Both the position numbers and the translations under genes were made by a program. Under the pieces are notes generated by a model. The model searched no databases and had not been told where the DNA came from. It saw nothing but the letters and a program-made list of their open reading frames with translations. DNA of 64,000 nt. Source: Octopus vulgaris (Eukaryota). The stretch is from contig OX597826.1 in NCBI GenBank assembly GCA_951406725.2, positions 74,338,001 through 74,402,000 on the forward strand, written 5' to 3'. Every line of letters starts with the position of its first letter. Positions within the stretch are counted from its first letter, which is position 1. Below are positions 51,736 to 64,000 of the stretch, one piece after another.

Positions 51736-53214
51736 AAATATTAAACACATATGGCTAATACGACTATATATTTCTATCGAGGGTTCAACACCCAGAAAAG
51801 TGAGTATACCACCCGGCTTCTTTTTTCCAATTTGAATGATTTTTCCCCCATAAATTCCACTTTCAAGAAGAAATCAATAACAAATAAAATATGTCTTATT
51901 TTTTTTCAATAATTGCGGTATTTACAATTTTTCAGCAATCGCCTGTCGAATGATCAGATCTGGGCATTTAAAAAGGTTAATAATAGATAAATTAATCTAT
52001 CTAGGATTATGTCAGTCAGACATTGGTAAACAGAAGCTACTTGTTGTCTGGTGTAAATATTTGAAATATTTGGATTTCTACACTTGTGAGAAAGTGTCTG
52101 ACACCGAAGCATTTGTACCTTTTTTTAATTAAAGGTCAAAATCTCGATTCGGGACCTCACTCAGCTAGATTTATATTTACCACCCGCAAATACACACAGG
52201 TACAAAGAATGTATTATGTTTATTGAGTAGCGGTCATAAATAACAACAACAACAACAACAACAACAGCAACAACAGCAGCAACTGACATGAATGTGGGGT
52301 CAAGTAGGGGTACGTTCGTGTTTAATACTTGACTGAAAGCTAAACAAAGAAGTTGATATAAGAAATAAAATGGATGTTTATACGAGAAATTAAAGTGCTT
52401 CATTCTTTTTAATCGCAACTTTGAATTCTGTTTGTTTAGTAAACACGAACTTTATACCCCTTCATCTTTATAAATCGTAGAACCTGTCTCTGAAAATACC
52501 AAATTCTTTAGAGTCTTGTTTATTGGGAAAAGTTAACAAATTAAGCGAGCAAAAGTAACGACACTTCCAACCGAATTAATGGAATCACATTGCAATGAAT
52601 TCTACCAAATCTATTTCAAAACCAACAAATGCGGTTTCTATCTTCTCACAAACCCTCAACACAAAACGTCGAGGAATTTTTTTTTTCTTTAACAACCAGA
52701 GTGTGAGTTATAGAATTTCCAGCTTGTTAAACTCCGTTAGCGTAGGTCAACTGGAAAAAAGGGCCAGCTCATTTGTTACCTTATCTCCTACTTTATTTGA
52801 GACAATCATAACAACAGTAACAACAGTCATAATATTTTCTCCAACAGTATAAACACACTCGGAGCTGTTAAATAGAACTTCGCTCGTGGCGGAAATAATG
52901 TCGATGCACGCGAGACCTAACAATAACATCGTTTTCGTGCCAGACCCAACACATGAAACATTTATTTCACTCAAAATGCAACCAACAGACACAATATCAA
53001 AATCATTGATTACACGTGTTTATCCAATATAATCAACGGTTTCATAGCAACGAGTTCTCTCTCTCTCTCTCCCCACCTTCCTCTCTCTCTCTCTGTCTAT
53101 CTCTGCCTCTCCCTCTCTCTGCCCTTTCCACACTTTCTTTGTTGAGGATGGAATTATTTCGAGTCAGCAGTTTGATTTGAGAAGGGAATTTATTTCTAAC
53201 GATTAGCAGGTGTT

Positions 53215-53267
<53 letters not shown>

Positions 53268-53813
53268 ATGTGAAATATATGTCTTTATATATCTACGTGT
53301 AAAGTCTATGTCTTTATTCTGTAAGTGTGTTTAACTAGGTATGTGTCTGTATATTTGTGTCTGTACGTATTCAAGTGAGAATTAATTTAACACACGTACA
53401 GATAGACAGAATAGGAACACACACAACGAGGAAAACACACACACATACACACACACAATATATAGAACAACACAAGCACACAGCTAGATAGATGAGGTAT
53501 ACACACATACATACACGCGCCCACACACACGCACACACACACACACACACGCACACACACACACACGCGCGCGCACAGATAGAATGGGGACATACATACA
53601 CATAGCTACATAAACGAGGTACACACACACACACTCGTATAAACACACACACATGTATACATTTTCCGAAATATTAATGAACACACAGAGATGATCTCCC
53701 ACGTAGACAAGCCTTTTATGCCATAGCAGTTAAATCGCCCTTAAACCAGGGCTTAAGTTTACATTAAATATCAATTAAACCACACTTAATTATAGCAATA
53801 CACCTGAACTCTA

Positions 53814-54285
53814 AGCTGGCAGAAACGTTAGCACGCCGGGCAAAATGCTTAGCGGTATTTCGTCTGTCGTTACGTTCTGAGTTCAAATTCCGCCGAGCTC
53901 GGCTTTGCCTTTCATCCTTTCGGGGTCGATAAATTATGTACCAGTAACGCACTGGGGTCGATGTAATCGACTTAATCCGTTTATCTGTCCTTGTTTGTCC
54001 TATCTATGTTTAGCCCCTTGTGGGTAGTAAAGAAATAGGTATTTCTGCCGCTACGTTGTGAGTTCAAATTCCGCTGAGGTCGACTTTGCCTTTCATCCGA
54101 TAGAATAAATATTAGACTTATAAAGAATAAGTCCTGGAGTCCATACGGTGGTGCTCCAGCATGGCCACAATCAATAGAATATGTACTTGGCTTACAAAGA
54201 ATAAGTATTGAGGTCGATTTGTTCGACTAAAGGCGGTGCTCCAGTATGGCTGCAGCCAAATGACTGAAACAAATAAAAGAATAAA
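53814..54285 (+). mobile_element. Family-A SINE multimer joined to duplicated family-B tails
   Basis: A core to about 54098, then GATAGAATAA...GGTGCTCCAGCATGGCC-type tail twice. Confidence 0.75.
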
Positions 54286-54889
54286 AAATACACGAAAAAT
54301 CCAGCAGAAAATTCAGTATGCCGAGGCAAATAGACAGGAAGGTCACGACAGGAACGTCGGTAGAAAGATGGATAAAAAAAAAGCAGTGTGAAAAACAGTG
54401 CTGAACGACTACACAGAATAAGGTGTTGATGGTGTTGATGGTGATGACGCTGGTGGTGGTAAAGGTGATGGTGGTGGTGGTGGTGGTGGTGATGGTGGTG
54501 GTGATGAGGCTGGTTGTGGTAAAGGTGATCGTAGTGGTGGTGGTGGTAGTGGTGGTGGTGACAGTGGAATGACCTCTACAATAATTTTAACACGGAATGA
54601 ACCCTTAAAAGTAAATAACCTACTCTCGACACTATTGTGTCATTTTGATTAGCATCAAGTGTTTATAAAACGCTTATAAGGCTTGTGTGTAATTCAGGTG
54701 TGTGTGTGTGTGAGTGTGTGTGAGTGTGTGTGTGTGTGTGTGAGTGTGTGTGTGTAGGTGCGCGCGTATCTGATTGTGTATGGCGATGCATGTGTGTATT
54801 CGTATGTGAACTTGTAAATACAGACACATATTTATACATGAAAACGAGTGTGAATGAGTCTGAGTGTATATATGTGTGTATGTGTATAC

Positions 54890-54968
<79 letters not shown>

Positions 54969-55021
54969 TATGTGTGCGTGTGTATAAGTAAATATATATA
55001 TACATGTACTATACATATATA

Positions 55022-55076
<55 letters not shown>

Positions 55077-55206
55077 TACATATATACATGAATGTCTCGC
55101 CATAAAAGATAATACTTTTCACTGTGCCGACCTCCTTTAACAGTCAAAGAAGCCTCCACAGCAAAATTTATAAGTACTATCATATTTTATGGTGCATTCA
55201 TTTATT

Positions 55207-55287
<81 letters not shown>

Positions 55288-56309
55288 CAGTTTAATTTTT
55301 ACATCGTTCTTTCACTTCACTACCGAGCACATCGGCTACATGTCTACATTCAAGAACTTTTTACTAGCATTCTATTAGTAAATATGTATTTTATAACACT
55401 CACCCCACCACCTCCACCACATACACACACACACGCACACACACACACACATACATACATACACACACACACATCGACTCTCTTGAAGCGGAGCGGGTGT
55501 TATAAATATGGTGAGAAAAATATTGCAAAACATCAATACATGTCAGACTGGCAAAGAAACGAGGAAGGTACCTCGTGGTCGTGGGATGTGCTAGAAACAA
55601 CAAAATATCCCTTAAAACACATTCCTTTTCGCCTGAGAGTTATTTTGAAAGTATAAACAGAAACAGATTCGAACTATCTGTAGTTTAAAACTATGATTGA
55701 AATAGAATTTCGAAGAAACCCCCAAATCTAACGATTTGTGGATGTGCAGGGCAAATGAAAATTTTTAAAAATATTTTACTATGGTGTGCTTATTCCGAAA
55801 GTCCTACAAGGTATTTGTATTGTGAAAATCACTCGGCAACGACGAGATACTCAGCTAGTGTATGTGTGTGTATCTGTTTGTGTGTGTGTCTATTTCTCTC
55901 CCCCTCTCTCTCTAATATATATATATATATAAAACCCAACAACTCATATTCATTCACTGTTTCCTCTAATTGCTGTCGCCATTTTACCTTCGACTAAACC
56001 TATTCATTTATTTGTTACTTCCGGTCGATAATAAAATATCCGTATTCACATCCGTATTCATATTTCACTTTAAAATGTCAAACACACGAATGCAGCTCAC
56101 GAGTTTAAAAGAAGAAAAAATATGGTTACTGAAGGTAAATAATTTTGAAATTTGAATTAATTTGATGCGTATATACAGACCCCATCAGAGCATAATTAAA
56201 ACTTAAACACAAGATTCAACGAATGAACGATATTGGTCTAAATAACCAATTTTTCTGTTTGCATAATCTAAATGTCAAATGTCCAGAATGTTATTTTAAA
56301 CAGAAATTA

Positions 56310-57300
56310 CGGAGAGGGGTGATAAGTCGATTACATCGACCCCAGTAGATAACTGGTATTTATTTTGTCGATTCCGAAAGGATGAAAGCAAAGTCTACCT
56401 TGACGAAAGTTAAATTCAGAACGTAAAGACGTAAGCGCGCTAACGATTTTACCAGCTCGACGCCTGAATGATTATAATATTGGTTTCAAATTCTGTCACA
56501 AAGCCAATAAGTTCGGGGGTGGGGATTACATTGCCTCAGGGCTCAACTGGTACTTATCTTATCGACCCTGCAAGCATTTGAACCCAGAACGTAAAGACGG
56601 ACATAATGCTGCTAAGCATTTAGCACAGCATGCTAAGGATTCTGCCAGCTCGCCATCTAAATTAACTTAATATTATTTTCTACTCTAGGCACAAGGCCTG
56701 AAAGTTTGGGGGAGGAGCTAGTCAAATTAGATCGACCCCAGTACGCAACTGGTGCTTGATTTATCGATCCCGAAAGGATGAAAAAGGCAAAGTCGACCTC
56801 AGCGGAATTTGAACTCAGAACGTAACGGCTGACGAATACCTATTTCTTTACTATCCACAAGGGCCAAAAACACAGAGAGGACAAACAAGGACAGACAAAT
56901 GGATTAAGTCGATTATATCGACCCCAGTACGTAACTGGTACTTATTTAATCGACCTCGAAAGGATGAAAGGCAAAGTTGACCTCGGCGGAATTTGAACTC
57001 AGAACGTAACGGCAGACGAAATACGGCTACGCATTTTGCCCGGCGTGCTAACGTTTCTGCCAGCTCGCCGCCTTTAAAGTAACTTAATAATACTTAAGGC
57101 GGTGAGTTGGCAGAATTGTTAGCGCACCGGACAAAACGCTTAGTAGCATTTCGTCGATCTTCTTGTTCTGAGCTCAAATTCGACTTTACCTTTCATCATT
57201 TTGGCTTCCATAAAACAAGTACCAGTTGTGTACTGGGGATTGATGTAATCGACTTACAATCCTCCCCCAAATTTCTGACCCTGGGCCAAAATTTGAAATC
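56310..57300. mobile_element. Cluster of family-A SINEs (three minus including a dimer at 56680-57072, one plus)
   Basis: Repeated heads and cores. Confidence 0.85.
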
Positions 57301-57431
57301 AATATAAAATTATACTTGGGCCATAATAACGGCGGTGCCTCAGCATGGCCGCAGCTCTGAGCTGAAACTACAGAAAAAAAAAGAAAATAACGTTGGAAAT
57401 TCTTTCAGTGTGGATTATGTTTTGGCCACTT

Positions 57432-57631
57432 AAAACTATTTCATAAAGCCGTTATTCGTTTTAAGAAATAGTTCAAAACTATTTCATAAAGCCGTTATTC
57501 GTTTTAAGAAATAGTTCTTAGATTTTAACGTTCTGGACATTTGACATTTTGAATATGCAAATATAAAAATCAATTTTTTTAAAATTGATTTTTCTGTTTG
57601 CATATTCTAAATGTCAAAGGTCCAGACCGTT
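57432..57631. repeat. 43-bp perfect tandem duplication (57432-57517) followed by a ~105-bp hairpin (57527-57631)
   Basis: AACGTTCTGGACATTTGACATT...AATGTCAAAGGTCCAGACCGTT; a half copy lies at about 56248-56297. Confidence 0.85.
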
Positions 57632-57775
57632 ATTTCAAAGACTAACTGATCAAATTCCAAGTATTGGTAATACTACTTCTTTTTTTTTTGTATCTGAATG
57701 CATTTATTTTGTTTTTAATGGAAATAAATATATTTCGTTTGCATTTGTAGTTACCTTTCCATCTATTACTGAGCT

Positions 57776-58020
57776 GTAGTCGTGGCACTCCGTCGGTTAC
57801 GACGACGAGGGTTCCAGTTGATTCGATGAACGGAACAGTCTGCTCGTGAAATTAACGTGCAAGTGGCTGAGCACTCCACAGACACGTGTACCCCTTAACG
57901 TATTTCTCGAGGAGATTCAGCGTGACACAGAGTGTGTCAAGACTGGCCCTTTGAAATACAAGTACAAGAGAAATAGGAAGGATGAGAGGAAGTTGTGGTG
58001 AAAGAGTACAGCAGGGTTCG
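57776..58020 (-). mobile_element. Family-C SINE variant, 3' part
   Basis: Homologous to about 61684-61920. Confidence 0.8.
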
Positions 58021-58192
58021 GCTTCAAAACAATAGTGCTCATGAAAGCCGCTACGGAGGTGTATCATTACATCCGCCACTCACTCAGCTCACTCATAACA
58101 ATTAATGCTGAATAGCGTTTCTCTTCGGTAAGATCTGAAATCACATCTTTCTGTCTTCAGCAAGAAACAGCAGCGGTATTTCCTTGAAATCA

Positions 58193-58542
58193 AGGCAGCG
58201 AACTGGCAGAATCATTAGCACGCTTGACGAAATGCTTAGCGGTATTTCGTCTGCCGTTACGTTCTGAGTTCAAATTCCGCCGAGGTCGACTTTGCCTTTC
58301 ATCCTTTCGGGGTCGATAAATTAAAGTACCAGTTACGCACTGGGGTCGATGTAATCGACTTAATACCTATGTCTGTCCTTGTTTGTCCCCTCTATGTTTA
58401 GCCCCTTGTGGGTAATAAAGAAATAGGTATTTCACCCGTCGACTTTGCTTTTCATCCTTTCGGGGTCGATTAAATAAATTCCAGATGTAATCAATTTAAT
58501 CCCTTCCCCCAAATTTTAGGGCTTGTGCTTCCAATAGAAAGC
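58193..58542 (+). mobile_element. Family-A SINE with ~16-bp TSD
   Basis: TATTTCCTTGAAATCA / TATTTCCCTGAAATCA flanks. Confidence 0.85.
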
Positions 58543-58699
58543 TATTTCCCTGAAATCACATCTTTTTGTCTTCAGACGGAAAAGGACATAAGGGAGAAAA
58601 GACTGAAATAATGAATATATATCATAAATTAGGAGAAAATCGCCCCTGAGACAAAGTACTTTTCGGATTTTTTAAAAGATATTTAAAGGTTATTACGGA

Positions 58700-58990
58700 A
58701 ATGTACTTGCATAGCAAGTGACCTGATCTGAGATCGTGTGCTGAAACAAAAACAATTGCAGGGTGGAAGGAGTTTATACGCCATTTAAAAACACACAAAA
58801 ACCGTTAGATACACTTCAACATTTAAATTTAATTTCTGAAAATATTTTCGTCGCTTTGAGATCGCGATCTGTTCACTGCAAGCACGGGATTTTGTCAGTG
58901 AAGAGGTCGCGGTCTGAAAGCGACGAAAATATTTTGACAAATTGAATTTAAATGGTGAAGTAAATCTAACGGTTTCGGTGTGTTTTTTAA
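58700..58990. mobile_element. PLE-like inverted terminal repeat with two G3-type hammerhead copies
   Basis: Arms about 58785-58878 and 58895-58990; minus-strand core GTGAACA at 58870-58876; plus-strand HHR 58891-58941 with core GTGAAGA. Confidence 0.8.
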
Positions 58991-59609
58991 AGGTTATTAA
59001 ATATTTAAAAATTATTTTGTTATATTATTTCCTTCCATTATTTTTATAAATTTATTAGCTTCGATCTCTTTCTTTTTGCTTTTAAGAGTTAAGAAATTAC
59101 ACATTGGTACTGTCGTCTTATACATGCGGGGAAGAACATATACGTGTATGTGTGTGAGTGTGTGTGTGATCACACGCATATGCATGCATACACGCAAATA
59201 CACACATATTACTGTAACTATAAAAATATATAGATTTCACTATATGAAGTTCCACCGTATATCTAAAGTCGAAACATTAAAACAAATATTTGGATTTTCA
59301 CTTATCTTATATCCAAGAAATGCATAACGGCATCCATATACTTTCCTAGTTTATGTAATACATGCACGCAAACATACACATATATCTACATGCATATATG
59401 CATATACATGCAAATGTACATATATATATATATATACACAAAGACACACACAGTTGTTTAAGACTCCATATGTCAGAAAAAATGAGCATTCGTATATTTG
59501 TCAATTGAGGGGTATATTAACTTTTTTCCCTTTCTTATCTGGTCCTGAAGGGACCTTCTGTCGTGTCTACATACTTCCGCACGTTTGACTGTCCACTAGG
59601 GACCTTTAG

Positions 59610-59706
<97 letters not shown>

Positions 59707-59900
59707 ATGTATGTATGTATATATGTATGTATATATTTATGTATATATGTATGTATGTATGTATGTATATATGTATGTATGTATGTATATATGTATGTAT
59801 GTATACATGTATGTATGTATGTATGTATGTATGTATGTATGTATATATGTATGTATATATATATATGTGTGTGTCTGTCTGTATGTATGTATCTATATAT

Positions 59901-59966
<66 letters not shown>

Positions 59967-60469
59967 GTGTGTGTGTGTATGTATGTATATATATATATAT
60001 ATGTATATGTATGTACACATGTACATGTATATATATGTATGCATGTGTATGCACATGTATGTGTATATATATGTATATGTATGTACATATACATATAAAT
60101 ATACACACACTCGCACACACACACATACACACACACGTGGATGTGTGGTAAGAAGTTTCCTTCCCAACCACATGGCTCCGGGTTCAGTCCCACTGCGTGG
60201 CGTCTTGAGCAAGCGTCTTCTACTATAGCCTCAGGCCAACCAAAGCCTTGTCAGTGGATGAGGCAGACGGATCCTGGGAAACTGAAAGAGGACTGTCGAA
60301 TATATATATATATATATATCGTTCATTTATTTGATTTGACTATATGTATGTCATTATTAAGTTTATTTCAAGATTTCTTGCCAATAGAGAAAGGTCCGCT
60401 TTCTAACCTAGATCCAAGGTTCCTTCATTGGAATTTCAACATCAACAACAGGGTATTTTTGTTTGTATA

Positions 60470-60820
60470 TATGCACGTGTAGATTTGTATGTTTTATGTA
60501 TATATTCTCATGCATATAGTTGGATATCTAGGCATGTTCATATATATTTAAATGATAAACTTCTGCAAAGTTTTACAGATTTTTACAGTTCCAGTGACGG
60601 ACTGGATCTGTAGTCTTCGAATTAGCTTTCTCCTTTCTGGTTTTTAGAATCCTAATTTCTCAAGATTGGTATTTAGGCAGTGTGGTAAATTTTCCAGGAC
60701 CCCAATAATTATAGGTATAAACCTGAACTTGTAATCTGGACAGAGTAACTGCAGATTTCTCAATAGTTCAGCATAGGCGTTCTCTTTTTCACTGATCTTC
60801 AGCTTTATGTTAACATCCAT
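60470..60820 (-). mobile_element. 5'-truncated RLE-type LINE inserted in (TACA)n
   Basis: DVNIKLKISEKENAYAELLRNLQLLCPDYKFRFIPIIIGVL resembles an RLE C-terminus (KxxxY, PIIIG); starts directly at the (CATA)n tract. Confidence 0.75.
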
Positions 60821-61683
60821 GTATGTAAGTATGTATGTAAGTATGTATGTATGTAAGTATGTATGTATGTATGTATGTATGTATGTATGTATGTATGTAT
60901 GTATGTATGTATGTATGTATGTATGTATGTATGTATGTATGTATGTATGTATGTATGTATGTATGTATGTGTGTATGTATGTATGTATGCATGTATGTAT
61001 GTATGGCCGGATGGGTGGATGGATGTGTGTATATGTGTGCGTGTGTGTGTATGTGTGTATTCGTATTTGTGGTTGTCCCCCACCACTGCTTGACAATCGG
61101 TGTTGATGTTTCTACGTCTCTGTAACTTGGCTGTTCGACAAAAGAGAATGATAGAATAAATACCAGGTTTGAAAAAGAAGTGCTAGGGTCGATTCGTCGA
61201 GTCCAAGTGTTTGGAACCAAAAGCCTTGCTGAAAATGAAGAGACTGTCCTCGCCCGAGCAGCTGCTACAGAATGGACTTCGAAAAGCATTGGTTGGGAAT
61301 GGAAATACTTCCCTTCATCCTAATGAGTGTCGGGAATTACAGGGCAAACCCCGGAGTATATCTTCTCGCGGGTTTTGTTCTAAAACCACTACGGCTGGCA
61401 ATGTGTTGCAGAAAATCCGATCGCTAAACGTGTGGGAGCAAAAAATACAACAAATAAAATAACATTAAAATAAAACAAAAAAGAACACTCATGGTTTGTG
61501 TTCAGAAAAAGATATAGTAAAAGAAAAAGGGAAAAGGAAAAAGAAAGTTGCAAACAGTGCAGTGGGAACAGCAGCGAGTTCCTGATGTGAAAAATGTACA
61601 GGAACAGAGAACAGGGGTGATTCTGCTGCAGCATCACAGATCTTTGATGAGTGCGCTCCTCTTTTGGTTGAAGTCTGGATGGA

Positions 61684-62064
61684 AGCACTCCGTCGGTTAC
61701 GACGATGAGGGTTCCGGTTGATCCGAATCAACGGAACAGCCTGCTCGTGAAATTAACGTGTAAGTGGCTGAGCACTCCATAGACACGTGCACCCTTAACG
61801 TAGTTCTCGGGGATATTCAGCGTGACACAGAGAGTGACAAGGCCGGCCCCTTGAAATACAGGTACAACAGAAAGAGGAAGTAAGAGTGAGAGAAAGTTGT
61901 GATGAAAGAGTACAGCAAAGATCACCACCATCCCCTGCCGGAGCCTCGTGGAGCTTTTAGGTGTTTTCGCTCAATAAACACTCACAACGCCCGGTCTGGG
62001 AATCGAAACCGCGATCCTATGACAGCGAGTCCCCTGCCCTAACCACTGGGCCATTGCACCTCCT
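61684..62064 (-). mobile_element. SINE family C variant, full length
   Basis: Reverse-complement tRNA-like head at about 61995-62064; probable TSD TGGTTGAAGTCT on both sides. Confidence 0.85.
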
Positions 62065-62940
62065 GGTTGAAGTCTAACACAGCTGCCAACACAGACTGGG
62101 AATATCCTCGGTTGAGCGGGCGAGGGTGGTTGTGATGCAGAGAAGGTGCATGGACAAGTGAGACGCAGTCAATAACTTCAGCTTTAAATCTTTATCAAAC
62201 ACTGAGTTAATGATTTTGGCCAAGGTGCTCTCAAAGAAAGCCGCGTAACAACGTACTGCTCCAGGCGTGCTATTCCAGGTAGATCCATTCAGAGACCATT
62301 CCATCTTATGCAATACATCGCAGAGCGAAGCAGATCTGGATCTGGATCTTTGGTTAATTTTAGCTCGGTTTAAAGTATTCAATAGTGTTCTATCATCGGT
62401 ACCTGGTGGTTGTGCTAAGCGCTGTCGGTTTCGATCCCCTGTACAGGAGCTGTAAAGGGAAGGGGGCGAAAAGTATGTGATCATGGGGGTGGGCTATGAA
62501 AGGTGGCCCATGAGCGATTCTGATTAATGCCCTGAGACATGACCCGAAAACTAGATAAACCAGGATGAAAGATGATTGATTAAAATGATGAAAACGTCTG
62601 GAGGAGAAATTTGGCATAAAGCTCTTGAGGTATTCCTGGAATGATGGTCTGATAAGGAGACGCCAACAGGAATGTAGCTTCGTTGTTTCCTTAGGTAATT
62701 GTACAGTGAAGTAGAAAGGCGAAAGAAGTTCTTTTGGTTTAAAATGTAGGCATAAGTACAAAGTGTACACATACACTAGAACGTATAGACATGCATGCAA
62801 AAATATACACAAGCATGCACATACACATACACACACACACACATATATATACATGCATATATAAACGTATACACACAAACATAATAACCACAATAACACA
62901 CATATATATATAAATGCATAAATGCATATGTGTGTGTGTG

Positions 62941-63063
<123 letters not shown>

Positions 63064-64000
63064 ATACATACACACACACATATATGTAGAAAGAGATAAT
63101 ACAGATATATGCATACACACATGTATATATATATATGTATGTATACTTATATATATATATACATACATATGTGTGTATGTGTGTATATGTATATATCAAT
63201 AAATAATGTCAGCGATAATATTGTAATTAAATTCCGATCTGAGTTGAACGCCGTTTCTTCACAGCACTTTACGTGTGTGTGTGTGTGTGTGTGCGTGTTT
63301 GCATGTCTGTCTCCATATATTCACGTTGCTTCGCTGTTCGGTTATCTATCAACATGTTCACTATACACACATACACACATATATCTATATAGACACACAA
63401 TCATACCTATATACACATCCATGCCTATATACTCTCGCACAATAAAGTCAGCTTCCCTGATACAAGGAAATGTTGATCATCTTTGCTCTGTGACGCTTTC
63501 TGTTCAAACTGTCATTGACAGCCGCCATTTTGTTATCTATCAGAGATATCGTCAATAAACGGCCGATGTAATATCAGTTACCGCCTAGAGTGTTCAGGCT
63601 TGGGTTTTAAGTTCAGTCTCAGCATGATTCTACTGGACCATTATCTCTCTAACAGCTAAATGCTATAAGCACTGAGTTGTGATAAATTGACAGAGACACA
63701 CCAAAGCTGGTAACGATAATATATACCCTACACTCGTCTTTTCGGCTGACTGTTCTTGTTATACCAGATCAAACTTGACCCATGGTTTCCTAGTTTATAT
63801 TTGGGACTTATTGACACTGCGATGTCTGTATCATATGTAAAGATCAGTAAAAATAAAATTAACCCTTTGCTTGTCCCGTATATCACATTTAATGTGCGGA
63901 ACATATTTCCCTGGTCTCCATGCATCATATATGATATATATTCTCGATATTTTTTCAACCACGGGGGCAACTCGTGATTTATGAGAGTAAAGCTTGATAT

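Noticed and set aside
52595-52992. Overlapping 81-85 aa ORFs in unique sequence
   Set aside because: No recognisable domain or splice support; could be UTR or regulatory sequence but cannot be called

Overview
AT-rich, microsatellite-saturated eukaryotic DNA. The tRNA-derived SINE families and the (TA)n/(CA)n/(TACA)n/(TAA)n load point to an octopod cephalopod (inference). No intact host protein-coding gene is supported, and nearly all ORFs in the track are microsatellite or SINE read-through. The window holds three abundant SINE families, hAT- and mariner-type MITEs, 3' fragments of microsatellite-targeting RLE LINEs (R4/Dong-like), a CR1-like relic and a decayed Penelope-like (PLE) GIY-YIG endonuclease. 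The main signal is a dense set of hammerhead-ribozyme (HHR) motifs in repeats, most embedded in or next to TA tracts. (i) Minimal type-I HHRs carry palindromic stem III and three compensatory states of the core 3-8 pair (C-G, U-A, G-C). (ii) A repeat family with three copies (about 6.5, 14.3 and 39.0 kb) has all three hammerhead strands, with covarying stems I and III, but in the order C-B-A. That order is not one of the three circular permutations (types I/II/III) and implies a pseudoknotted hammerhead inside ~720-760 bp head-to-tail units. All folds were read by eye and no catalytic activity is shown.
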